A stretch of 64,000 nucleotides of DNA. Source: Oopsacas minuta (lineage: Eukaryota > Animalia > Porifera). Location of the stretch: contig JAKMXF010000297.1 of the NCBI GenBank assembly GCA_024704765.1, positions 1 through 64,000 on the forward strand. Reading direction: 5' to 3'. The stretch's first letter is position 1. Each line of letters opens with the position of its first letter. Positions 21,571 to 41,900 of this stretch are shown one piece after another. The notes below the pieces were generated by a model, which saw nothing but the letters and a program-made list of their open reading frames with translations, did no database searches and was not told where the DNA came from. Made by a program: the position numbers and the translations under genes.

Positions 21571-22178
21571 ATGGCCAAACCGATCACCAATACCAAAGAT
21601 GTACAACAAGTAGTTTGGATTAAACTTGCCGATAAATTCGGTACAAATGTATCACAACTTGCTGCTCAGAAAGAAGAGCTAATAATTGAGAAAAAGCCAA
21701 CAAGAAAGTGCTTGAGAAATGGACTAAAGAGAATAATAAGGAAGAATTGCCTTGTGAATAGGTCAGACGGTTAGGTGTGAATCTAAGGGTTTTCGCAAAA
21801 ATAAACTGCAGCCAGGGAAAGAATAGTCCTGTCACTTTAATGACAGTTGCATTAGAGAATGGGTACTCTAGAGACCCGGTTAATGGAGTTAGGGGGCATG
21901 TGCTCATCATGCTAAAAGAGAAAGATTTGGACAGACAAACTGTAGTAAGCTAACACAAGATATTTATGATGGGTACCATCCCTTCCATTTAAAATGGGAA
22001 GCGCTACTGTAAGGCTAATGGCTATATCCTATCTCTAAATCCTAGAGGAGTTCTATCGTATCCGTTTGTTCCTGGCTATCACAGGGTACAGGATGATATT
22101 ATGCGAGAAGAGGAAATCCGTACTTTAACATTTTCAATTTTATTATGTATAACTTCACTTAAAATGGATATTTGCTAA
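21571..22178 (+). pseudogene. Decayed ORF of unknown origin
   Basis: ATG at 21571, a frame change near 21690, then one frame 21690-22178 with only 3 internal stops (21759, 21951, 21990) in about 162 codons. The segment is purine-rich and less AT-rich than its flanks. Confidence 0.3.
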
Positions 22179-22259
22179 AATATATATGTATTATCAGCTG
22201 TTTTGTTAATTCAGTAGATTATTTAAATTAGACCACACATTGATACTCTTAAGTTTGAA

Positions 22260-22661
22260 TCAGTCATTAACAAAATCAATACACTCCTGAACAGTTGCAT
22301 GTAAGTGTGGATTCTCCAGTGCAGCAGCTACTCGCTCCTTGTCATTAATTTGTTTTGTAACCTCTATAGCTGAAGTATGAGAATCTTCAGCAATTGAGAT
22401 GTATAGTTTATGTGTAAAATGCTCTAGATCTCTTTCTAACTTTGCTCGAATACACAATCCTATTAGAGTAGCTAGATGGCAGTGTGGGACTGTTGGTACG
22501 AATGTTATTCTAATATCGAGGACATCTGAATAGACTGAGACTTGAATGAGATCTTCTCTCAGTACTTTCAGTTCTTCTAGAGTTTGAGAGAACTCTGGGT
22601 CTTTGATGTCTCTGATTAGGTCGTATATATCACATGCACTGAAATCGTTACTGGCACACAT
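22260..22661 (-). CDS. CIAO2A: Cytosolic Fe-S assembly component 2A (FAM96A/MIP18 family)
   Basis: IYDLIRDIKDPE...TLEEL, FVPTVPHCHLATLIGLCIR, KQINDKERVAAALENP. Confidence 0.9.
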   Translation of the reverse strand: MCASNDFSACDIYDLIRDIKDPEFSQTLEELKVLREDLIQVSVYSDVLDIRITFVPTVPHCHLATLIGLCIRAKLERDLEHFTHKLYISIAEDSHTSAIEVTKQINDKERVAAALENPHLHATVQECIDFVND

Positions 22662-23033
22662 CTATCGTAGTATTCAACTTACTATTAGGTGTGTGTGTGT
22701 GATAGCTATTAGTTTGTAAACATTTCTAAACGAATAATGTCAATACTAGTACACTATAATAGATGTGCATCATCCAATTTAGAAAACTCAGAATGATTAG
22801 TTTTCTAATACTTATTTTGATCGTCTAGTTTAGACTGGGTTAAATAAAATATGAAACTTTCCTAAGCCATGTGCCAACGGGCTATATGTTGACAGAAATA
22901 CAAATTGATGGACATAAGTAAAGGAGCGATAAAGTAGTAATACTTAGGGATTTTAATTACAATACTAATATTATGACCTATCGTATCATACGACCTATTA
23001 CCCACTAATATGTAATATAATAATAATAGTTGT

Positions 23034-31624
<8,591 letters not shown>

Positions 31625-31749
31625 AGGTTTAAAAGAGGGAACCGAATACACAAACACAGATTTTCACCCATAATACAATCATTATTGAGAATATTTCATT
31701 AAATAGTTATTGCTAGTAACAAACTTTCTGCATAAAATAATCCAATAAT

Positions 31750-31752
<3 letters not shown>

Positions 31753-31791
<39 letters not shown>
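31753..31791. repeat. (AAT)13 microsatellite between the convergent CWC15 and DCUN1D 3-prime ends
   Basis: Perfect AAT run read directly from the sequence. Confidence 0.95.
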
Positions 31792-31792
<1 letters not shown>

Positions 31793-31854
31793 TATCATTA
31801 ACCATAAAATACAATTAGCATGAATTCACAGCTTTTGGTAAGTTGAGGTGAAGA

Positions 31855-34800
31855 TTATGGGAGTGTTTTCTTTGGAAGTTTTTCTAAGGCAAATTCTACA
31901 AACTCATCAATAAGGACTGGCCATGCACCTAAAAGATAGAGTAATAAGAGTATGTTGTCAAATTATATGCAGTATATAAACCACATCAATGTTGCACTAC
32001 ACTCTCCTGATGAGGATTAATAAGGGAAGATTGAGGTATTTCTCACTTAAGCTTATCGCTATTTAACATCTCTCATTAATAAAGAGAGTTTATAAGAGTA
32101 CATAGATTCCATACGATATTCTCTCAATAAACCCTTATGTGGAAACTGCAATTATTAATTCATTTATCATGTTTCTTTACCTTCTTCATCATAGTTTGAC
32201 ATGTTATCGTCAATCTGAATGCTAAAGTCCAGCAATAAGTTCCAAGTATCTCTTGGGATTGGTTTCTTATGATGGTTCTAGAAAATACCGATATTAGCAA
32301 CTATTAGTATACTTTATTTATATGACATCTAGCGTCTAATAATTACTTTTTAGAAAATGAATATTTGAAAGGTTATACGTTATTCGTATACATAGAAGTT
32401 CAGAGTATGTTTACTTGAAACTTAGTAATTTTCTTTGCTAAACAAGGCTGAATTATATAGTAAATGGTTGTGGAATTATATTATATAGAATTATATAGAA
32501 TTATATTGGACGTTATTGGCTAATTGATTTGCTTTTGTCCTGAGAATTATCAAAATTAATTGAAATATTTTCATAGATAATTTGAATTAACTTCTAGTAA
32601 TTTATAAAACTTACTTGAATATATTCAACCCATAGGTCATAGAACTTGAAGCGAGGTCGTAATATAATTTGCCAATATGCGATTGCCATTTCCATTTCTA
32701 TAGACATTGCATTTGTTTAACTATTATACATCATTTATCAAAAACATGCAATAATAATGGATTATCTCTTGTTAAGTAAGTTCAATATTTGATGTCAGTC
32801 TGGTCATGTGGCAAATGAAATCTATAATTTTACCAAAATGTTTGTTATCATAAATAAGATTTTTCAAAGTACAACAGTTTAATATTTTGTGAGGGCAGAG
32901 ATTAAATTCTATTCTTCCTCTACGTGTTAATTCTGCACCCGTGAGAACATTATTTAAATATTAATATAGACTTGCATTCCCTAAACTTTCAATATTATCT
33001 AGGGATTAGTTACTTCCAACAAAAGATTGTTAGGTTATACAATTATTGAGATAACTCAATAGGTCTAGACCAATAGCACAGATTATATATATATAAATTG
33101 TATATTGAGTTTAATCAATGGCGATGATACCTCATAACATGGATTCAGATGCTAATACAGGTAATTTACCACAGATGAGAAAAAGTAGTGGAGGGACTAA
33201 TGCAATAGACACATTACCATGGTATTATCCTGGAACAGATCGCCATGCAGCAGAATGTGTGTTAAAGACACACGACATAGATGGTTCATTCATTATAATA
33301 AAAGAACGAATTATTGGAGATTATGAGTACTATGACTTGTGCGTATGGAATGTAGGAACTCCGTCCCATTTCCAAGTAAGGTATCGGAGGGATGTGGACG
33401 AGATAGAGTTCGGGTTGAAGAAATATAGTTTGTCAACTTTTAAACAACAGTTTGAGCGACCTAGTCGAATCGTTAAAAGCGATAGAGACGTAATCCTCCT
33501 CAAACACCCTCTCCCTAACAATGTGAGGGAGCCAATCGAAATATGGGATGTAGTTATCACTCAAGATCTAGTGAGGTCAGATAAGGAAATAAGATTCATG
33601 AGAGTGAAATCAGATCCTAATATTCTATCTAGTTGCTCATTGGGAGTAAAGGGTGGATATCTGATTAAGCGAGGCCATGTTAGGAAAAATTGGAAGAGGA
33701 GATGGTTCGTCCTGGATAAAAATATTTTAAATTATTACGAAATGAAACCAAATCTTAATGATAACCCAAATCCTAAACCAAAAGGAATTATCGATCTATC
33801 AGAAACGATTCAATTCACTGCAGAAGATCATTCTGTAAAACAACCATACTGTTTTGCAATTCATGTCTCGAAGAAAATATACTTGATTAGCGCTGAGACT
33901 GAGATCGATTACAAATCCTGGGTGGAAGCTCTGAAGACTGCTATAGAAAAATACCAGGATACGGACAAGAGAAATGTATCCAGCGATTTTGTATAATAAA
34001 TTACTTTTAAAGATTAGATTGTTTATACTTTTTCTTATTTGTTTTAACCAAAGTTCTATTCATTATTATATTTTGTAATATTATCTACCTAAGTATCTTT
34101 GATCCGGATTCTTTGCAAATTCAAATGCGAATTGGTAGAAACTTTTAAACTTATCACTATTCTCTAATTCTCTCTCAAACTCGGGTATTTTCCGCTTCAA
34201 TTTGTCTATATTATCACACCTAATGGAATAATACATAAATATCATGTACGGTAGAAACCGTTTGACCGGAATAGTTTTATCCAGACTTGTTTATTTTTAT
34301 GTAACATAACTTACCCACAATTCTTCATCCCTTCAATAAATTCAGTGCGAGTAAATACGCACTGCTCCTTAGCTTTGAACTTCCATGCAATTATTAATAC
34401 TGATATGCTAGTTGGATCTAAACACAGGTCGTTCAAGAATTCTGTTATCCCAGTAGCCATCATCTTATCCCCTTCTCTCTCTTGTATTGTTCCTAACAGA
34501 GGAAATTTTAATATTGTTAAAAAATTATAATTTTTCTCATAAAATGTTCCTACTTTTGTATTTTTCAAAGATGAGAGCAAGCTTTTTGAAATCCGCGGGC
34601 TCATGTACTATGTATTTGTCTTGGTTCTGGAAAAACTCGTCTACTGACCTGTCTAGTTTCCAATCAAATTGAGAGAGACAGTTTATAGCACTCTTCTCGT
34701 CACAAGCAGTTACACTCCTGAATTGGGCTACAGTTTCCCTCTGAGATGATTTCAGCTTTCCCTATATAGTATTGTATACTTTTTAGATGTGGTATAGTGT

Positions 34801-34974
34801 CTTAGGAAGTTATTCCTATGACTATTTATTTGTGCTTTAAATGTCGCTATTGCCTATCATTTAACGCGAACCCTACCTATCATTGCTTGACAGATCCTGG
34901 GAAGTGTATATTCAATGGGTATGAACTACTATCCTAGGTGATCGGTTTTAATTTACACATATACTCACCGACAT
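31855..34974 (-). CDS. DCUN1D1: DCN1-like protein (DCUN1D1/2 type, neddylation co-E3), multi-exon, host of a DAPP1-like gene
   Basis: Micro exon 1 ATGTCG|GTGAGT (34974-34969). Then GKLKSSQR...[38 protein letters not shown]...[17 protein letters not shown], [intron 34088-32698], EMAIAYW...[25 protein letters not shown]...NYDEEG|[12 protein letters not shown]. Confidence 0.93.
33118..33996 (+). CDS. DAPP1: DAPP1/Bam32-like SH2-PH adaptor, single exon, nested antisense in DCUN1D intron
   Basis: LPWY...RHAAE.VL...DGSF (SH2 start), LLKHPLP..VREP linker, and a PH domain [21 protein letters not shown] with a basic phosphoinositide pocket. Domain order matches DAPP1. Confidence 0.75.
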   Translation: MAMIPHNMDSDANTGNLPQMRKSSGGTNAIDTLPWYYPGTDRHAAECVLKTHDIDGSFIIIKERIIGDYEYYDLCVWNVGTPSHFQVRYRRDVDEIEFGLKKYSLSTFKQQFERPSRIVKSDRDVILLKHPLPNNVREPIEIWDVVITQDLVRSDKEIRFMRVKSDPNILSSCSLGVKGGYLIKRGHVRKNWKRRWFVLDKNILNYYEMKPNLNDNPNPKPKGIIDLSETIQFTAEDHSVKQPYCFAIHVSKKIYLISAETEIDYKSWVEALKTAIEKYQDTDKRNVSSDFV

Positions 34975-35323
34975 TTGAAATTTGGCTTTCTTCATACACT
35001 TTAGTACCAATTCAAGCTAGTTGTCAAATAAGGTAGATTCATAATATTGTTAGTATTGTGTTTCTCCAAAAACTTTAATCTTGTACTCAATTTCTAAGTT
35101 ATCAACCTTTTACATACTCCCCCATTGCCAATTAATTACATACAACAATTATTTGATGAAAAAGGCATATTAATAATTGTAAAAAGCAGAAAATGCTATA
35201 AACTAATTCAGTCAAACCTACATAGTAGTTATTTGACTGCATGCTCCTTGAATACTCAAGTGACTAAAATACTAATATACTAATATAGTATAGTATGTTC
35301 GGGTGAATTGAGAAGTGGAGAGG

Positions 35324-36232
35324 TTAGATTTCAAAGAGGATGTTCTCTCTCACGAAATCTTCACCTAGCTTTTCGTTGAGCAATTCCTCCATCTTTCTTG
35401 ACTGTTCGTCTGTCAACGAATCCTTCCAATACCCAACCTTCCCCTTGTTAAGAAATGTTCGTCCCTCTTGCATGAAAAACTGGTTGTTAATGAATTGATT
35501 GTTTTGCATTGTTTCGAAGTTTGTTTCTTTTACGATCATCTGGTAGAGATCCGCAGTCAAATCGTAGTTCAGGAAACTAGCTATTTCTTCCAACTTAGTG
35601 TTGAAATCGCGGTGAAGTTCTTCATACGAGAGAATGTACAAGTTTGGTAGATGTTTATGCTCGAAGTAACTCTTCATATGTCTGAAATAGCCCAAGAAAT
35701 CCGTATGAAGATAGTAGTTGAAGAAATCATTGAAAGAGCCCTCAAAAGTGCGATGCTTCACTCCAGCGAAATGATTGTAAGCTGATAGTACAACATCCTT
35801 GGGATTCCTGTAGATATACAGATATTTGGCAGAAGGGTTGAATGGCAGGAGTTCAAAAGGAAAATGAGTAGTGAATACGCGAGGGGCAGGCATCTTAGCT
35901 ATTTCAGACTTCATTGGGACTATGGATGAGAGTGCTCCGTATTGTGACATGTCTTCAGGTAGTTCGTCTAACATTGGAATTTCGAGGAATGTGGTACGGT
36001 CGTGGATTTGTGCAGACAGCTTTTTATTGCTCTTCAACAACTCAATGATATGTGCTAGCCAATGAGTTCCGCATTTGAACATGGAAGTGATGAATATGTC
36101 AGTGTTTCGTACCTTGAACGTTGTTTGTACCTCTTCTATCCAACTGGCTGTTGATATGGGTGGAAAGTAGTAGCCTTTGTAGACGAGAAGCTTCGACCGC
36201 CCTACCGATTTTTCATTGCACTCTTGAGCCAT
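35324..36232 (-). CDS. Cytosolic sulfotransferase (Sulfotransfer_1 family), single exon
   Basis: DIFITSMFKCGTHW (5-prime PSB loop), catalytic THF, YIYRNPKDVVLS (3-prime PB), SYEEL and FLNKGKVGYWK. Confidence 0.9.
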   Translation of the reverse strand: MAQECNEKSVGRSKLLVYKGYYFPPISTASWIEEVQTTFKVRNTDIFITSMFKCGTHWLAHIIELLKSNKKLSAQIHDRTTFLEIPMLDELPEDMSQYGALSSIVPMKSEIAKMPAPRVFTTHFPFELLPFNPSAKYLYIYRNPKDVVLSAYNHFAGVKHRTFEGSFNDFFNYYLHTDFLGYFRHMKSYFEHKHLPNLYILSYEELHRDFNTKLEEIASFLNYDLTADLYQMIVKETNFETMQNNQFINNQFFMQEGRTFLNKGKVGYWKDSLTDEQSRKMEELLNEKLGEDFVRENILFEI

Positions 36233-36781
36233 CCTAACCTATGAAAATAAATCGGGCATATAATATAGTTAATAAATTAATGTTTTTGAAAAAGGGAATA
36301 TAAAGTTAAGATATAAGGATATTATTGAGTAGAAATTATGTTAAATTGTCTATTCATTTGTATTTATATAATCAGTCTTGATAGAGAAGATATCTCGATA
36401 ATCACGCACCGATTCATATTCTTAAAATAGCACATAACACTCGTGATATGCTTACCTAGTAGAATTACATACACCTCGTGTACCACGCAATAACTACTTC
36501 ACTAGTAATTGCAGAGAATGATTTCAAATCAGTTTTAATGAGAATTACTATGTTTTGTACTAAAATGGTAATGTTAGGTTAGATCAGTTTCACAAGTAGT
36601 ACATAAGATGAATTTGCTGTTAGTTGGAAACTTGTTTCAGCTCCTGCCCCTGCAACAAGTTTACCTACCGCATGAATATTGTCATTATTTGAGCCCGCCC
36701 GCATGCTTAGATATACATCATGTATTACTGGAACAAGTTTCTCATTAACAGGGCCTTATTTTAAATCTCAATTGCTGTATG

Positions 36782-36890
36782 CAGGGGTGCCGAACTTTCC
36801 AGGGGGGTTTACACATATATTTTGTATTAGCTCTATAAGGATGTAACCAAACTAGGGGGCTCGACTGCGCCACCGGGTTCGGCGCCTATG
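36782..36890. mobile_element. Short GC-rich element with inverted termini (MITE-like)
   Basis: CAGGGGTGCCGAAC ... GTTCGGCGCCTATG match at 11/14 as an inverted pair. No TSD seen. Confidence 0.4.
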
Positions 36891-37359
36891 GTCATTTGCG
36901 TCTGTATGTTTGTCCTTGTCAAGGAAAGGATAATAAGAACTTTGGAATTCGAAATGAAATTGCGAAAGTCTTATAGCTATAAAATTATTGTCTAAAATTC
37001 AAGAAAGTAAATGGAATTCAATAAAATCGGATTCAGGGTTACCCCCTAATAAACGTTCATTAACCTTTACATATGTTTTTTAGGTTTAGAAATTAGCAAT
37101 AACCAAATCCAATACCATGATCCAGGCATCAATGGATTACCCTCGGTATAACTATTAATAAGTTATTCCTCAGGACTAAATTATAAATCAACCTAAAAGA
37201 TTCAGGTATTTCCTAGATCATTTGCTAAGGAGTTTCAAGCTCATCCTGAGACGTACTGGTTCTTGTTGAATTATACTATCTGCGAAAATTTTATACAAAT
37301 AGTTACTCTATACGAAATATCTCCGAACACCTCCATAATTGTACCTTCCAAAATGGTAC

Positions 37360-37420
37360 ATATATGTTACCGTCCAAATTGAGTGTTTGGCGGATACTCA
37401 ATTTGGACGGTAACATATAT
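37360..37420. repeat. Perfect 25-bp inverted repeat with an 11-nt loop, followed by (TA)n
   Basis: ATATATGTTACCGTCCAAATTGAGT (37360-37384) and its exact reverse complement (37396-37420). Confidence 0.95.
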
Positions 37421-37606
37421 ATATATATATCAACCTATAGTCAAGAGATCCAGGGAATTAGCAAATGGGGGGTTGTTATTTGTTAAGTCTCGCAGTACCA
37501 AAATACAAATATGATAGCGTGTACACATATAAGAGAATGCGTTATGAATACAGAAGATAAATAGGTTAAAAGAATTAATCGAATATAACTAATTCAAAAT
37601 TAAATA

Positions 37607-38182
37607 TTAATCATAATGTGTATTTGAAAAACGACCTAACACAAATCCAATTACAATCCCTAAGTTTGCACCAATGATGACGTCGGCTAAGTAATGTCTC
37701 TTCATCAGTATTCTAGAGAGTGATAGCACAAATGCCCACGTAATCAGAATCTGAGCATAACTTGGCATTACAAAGAAAGCATATGCAGCAATGAAGAAGC
37801 TTCTAGAGGCATGTCCAGAAGGGAATGAGTAACGATCAATTGAAGCAGTAGCGATCATATCTTCTATGTTATCTCGGGGTCGTGGGCGTCTCACAATTGC
37901 TTTCGTTAGACCAACAATAATAACATCCAGAATTAGCCCTATTAGAAAGAAGTTGGGTCTCATTTCGGCGTTACCCCACCTGTAAACATTCCAGAGGAGA
38001 GCCCCTGAAATCCAGATTAGTCCATGTCCAGATATCTCAAGGAGAAGAAGTATCTTTCTAGCGAATTGATCTTCATAAGTCAATCTAGCTGGATGAGCAG
38101 TCCTTATTATAAGTGAGGAGAGTGTCTTATCAAAGGAAAGGAATGAAAAGTAGAAGTATTTAGAGTAATCAGCTAGAAACAT
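37607..38182 (-). CDS. PLPP6: Polyisoprenoid diphosphate phosphatase PLPP6/7-like (PAP2 family)
   Basis: LEISGHGLIW, KAIVRRPRP, DRYSFPSGHASR and SRILMKRHYLADV (PAP2 C1-C3 motifs). Confidence 0.85.
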   Translation of the reverse strand: MFLADYSKYFYFSFLSFDKTLSSLIIRTAHPARLTYEDQFARKILLLLEISGHGLIWISGALLWNVYRWGNAEMRPNFFLIGLILDVIIVGLTKAIVRRPRPRDNIEDMIATASIDRYSFPSGHASRSFFIAAYAFFVMPSYAQILITWAFVLSLSRILMKRHYLADVIIGANLGIVIGFVLGRFSNTHYD

Positions 38183-38955
38183 TGGTCAGAGGACAGTTCC
38201 TTGGTGACTGGTATACATACAATAGTGCTCAGGTTTTAGATTTCAGCTTATTTATACTGAGTTTATTAATCTTACAAAAGATTTTACCTTCTATAATTTA
38301 AATATTTTAACTTTGATGCAAGTAATTCAATTAAGATCTTATACGCGATAACTATTAATAGTGTGAATCATTCGATGTGTAGCCAGAAGGTTAGACTTTC
38401 AATATTCTGTAGAATCACCTAATGGAGGTCATAATTGGAGAAAATACACATATGGATGAAATTGGATAGTTGGAATGTTCTTAGAAATATTCAAATAAAA
38501 TATTCGAAGCAATCTAGCTTGGTACTCATGAACCAGATGAGTTAAATTACAAGGTTCGTATTCCAGAATGTCTCTACCCATCCATATTTAAAACATTTAG
38601 GTTAATCACGAGCCTTTTGAGAACGTAGGTATAATTTTCATTAATCATCATACGTAATGCATATATTCAGCCCAATTATAGTGAACCGATCACGGCTGAA
38701 GTTTTACGTTCGTAATGTAAAGGAGCACTAAAATTTTACCAACTACGTTTTAACCAATTCCAGTACCAAAAACGAAATTTTATCAACTTTTTTGACGTCA
38801 TAAAATCACACATTTTCCCGGCCGTAAATAGTATTATTAAAATTGGCAGACAATATAATATTCAAACATTGAAAACAGAATAGCTCATAGATAAAACTGC
38901 CATCAATCTATTCTCTATACAATATATCGTTCTATATAGTTACATCTGGGAGTGT

Positions 38956-41900
38956 TTAAATACAACCCATCTCACTCGCCATGTTTCTAAAGTAAGGAGG
39001 GGTTTGATATTTCGTACAAGAAAGTTGAATTTCTTTCGATTCATCAGTAGTTGAATAAGTTTTGCTATCTCTCATATCTTTCCAAGATCCCGAATTAGCA
39101 GGAAGATAAACTGAACATTGAGTTTGTCCCTTAGACAGTGCAGGAGCAACTAAATAAACATCTCCAATCAGGAATTGAGTATTAATAGTGTAAGTACGTG
39201 GGTCCATTGGCCAGACCCACCAGAGAGGGCGTATTATCGGCTCTTGGTTTGTCGTAAACTTTCTGCCAATACAATCCATAGTCTCTTGTACAAGTTTATA
39301 ATGTAATTTACTCATTTCTAGGGAAAAATCTCTTACTTTATCATCATACTGCCATGGAAGTTTAGAAAACTGCATGAATGGTAGAAATGCATTAAGCCCC
39401 ACCCACCTTATGAATAGCTCTTCATCTAACACATCACTACCTAAATCATTATTTGCTATAGCATCTCTTTTATAATTACTTCCTCCTATAGAGCCTGGCA
39501 ATACGAATGGATAGCCAAGGATACTTAGAGTTAGTGTTGATGTCAGTACAGAATGCAGACCGTTATTCAGCCCCCAAGTAGGCTCCTTATCAAGGAGAGA
39601 TACAATCATAGGGTAGCTCTGTGTATCATAACCAACCTGAACTTGAGAAGAAGGGAAGTGACTAGCCAAATCTACATAGAGCTGGGAATACAGGTTAGGG
39701 TGTAGGGAGAGATCACACTGAGGAAGGTAAGTTGACTCTCCTGCATCAAACTTGAACGAATCAATAGAATAATCGTTTGAGAAATTGGTAAGGCGTTCTA
39801 ATAACCAATCAAAAGTTGTCTGTTTCGTTAAATCAATTAATCCCCCGTATCCTCTCCACCAGCGCACCACCCCAAGAGTATGGTTATCACCTCGACAGAA
39901 CATCCATCTGTTCTGAGTATCCTCAGAGGTTTCAGAGGATAGAGACTCTTGGAAAATATCTGAGTTAATATTCCCGAATGGGTGTATCCATACTGACACA
40001 TTAATGTTTTGATCGTGTATCTGTTGTATCATTGATGCCACATCTGGGAATCTGACAGTATCAAAATCTATTTCTCCATACTTGCTAGAGAATGTATCAT
40101 CTATTTGAATGATGGATGCATTAAATCCCTGACTGAGGATATTATTCAATAGCTCTAGTACATTATCTTGATCTACGTCACTGCGATATTGCTCCCATGT
40201 AGACCATATTGGGCTAGGAAATATATTTATGTTATTATTTACAGAATTGTTCTGTGTAGAGCCTAGCACTCTCTCAAGAAAGTACTTATTAGCTTGTAGG
40301 ATGTTGTCTAACAAACATATCGTAACATTGAGATGTAGATCAGGGGTAGAGGAGGAGGATAAGAGGTATCCGTCGAAGGAAGCTCCCAGACAGAGACGAG
40401 TTTCATGATTACTCATATTCATAAGCTATCATAAATTAATCACAATATTAGACAGTTAGCTACATTTATTATGTATTTATACAACTTACCTGTACGTGCA
40501 GATAGCTCTCATCTGTTTCAGCTATAACAGCAGCTCCTTCACTAGAGAACCAAGCAGGATGCAACACAGGTCCGAACTCTTGTCCCTCTCCCAAGTAGTC
40601 AGTGGTTAGAAAAGGTTTATAGAATTGAGTAGAATTATAATTCAGAGGCCATTGCTGTGAGTAGCTCTCGTAACCCCCGAACCAGTGACCCTCCATGAGA
40701 GAGAAGCAGAGTTCTAGAGAGGTGAAGAGTGTCTCACTTGTGGTAGCTTCCCAGAAGATATGTGTACACACTCCGTCATCTCTATTACTCTCTGACAATA
40801 CCAATGAAGAGTCTGTATAGTTGTACCTTAAACATTTAATATCAATATTACGCACTGACTAGTTACAGTAGAGCTTACCTTAGATGAATACCCTCTCCTC
40901 CTTCCTCATCGTACTTAACTGGAGGGATCTGATCAGCTGATGCAGAAGAGAGAGAACATCGTATAGATTTAGATCCTCTTGATAGAACTAGATTACCGCT
41001 AACAGGGTAGAAAGTCGTATGAGGCAGAGATATCTCATTTGAGATTGGGTCCAGGACTAGCCTTCCAACAGCCAAAAGGACTACACTGAGTACTCCCAGT
41101 ATTACTACACTCCCGAAGAATACAGCCTACATAATCAGGTATAAATATTGTAATCCAATCAGTTACGTCATTTGAGTTGTATATTTATTAAGTTTAATTA
41201 ATTAATTATGAACTAATAATTATACGTATTTTCATAACGTCCATATAATTTCGTGTAATCCGAGTCTATTCACCTAACAGTTTATATAAATTCGTAATAT
41301 ATTAAACAATAAGATACAATTAGAATGGCTACTGCGAATGAATCAGAAGTATCTAATTCCATGGCAATATGTCCAGGATGTCACTGCCTCTACAAGGACC
41401 CCCGGCTCCTTCCCTGCTGTCACTCCATCTGTCTGGAGTGTATAGAAGTTACGAATAATGGACTGAGCAGGTGTCCCAAATGTCACAATGTGTCAGATCA
41501 GAAACCCTCTGATTTGTGTTATGACGTCACTGGAGATAGAGTAGCTAAAGTACAACGGATTAGGGATGAATTGAACAAGTGTAGTCAAATACTTTGCTCA
41601 GATTGTGAAGACGAAACTGATGCTACATATTTTTGTATTACCTGTTCCAACCCATTGTGTGATTTGGATTTTAAGGTACACAAGAAAATGTACAAAAATT
41701 CACATAACCTGGTTTCTATTGATAAAATAAACTCAATAGAACAGTTCTATAATTGGGGAAGTGTTCATGATTGCAAATTCCATCCTAATACAACAGCTGA
41801 TCATTTCTGTACCACCTGTAAATACCTGTTGTGCGGTTCTTGCCTATCTCACCATCATCCGAACCATCAAATGAATGGCCTAGAAGATGCTATAAAGAGA

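Noticed and set aside
36600-36750. Peptide MNLLLVGNLFQLLPLQQVY resembling Pif1/Helitron helicase motif III (GDxxQLPPV)
   Set aside because: A single short motif with key residues changed and no Walker A/B nearby; too weak to call without a search.
37083-37320. Exon-like segments with AG/GT borders on the + strand
   Set aside because: They could not be joined into a coherent phase-consistent protein or linked to any neighbouring gene.
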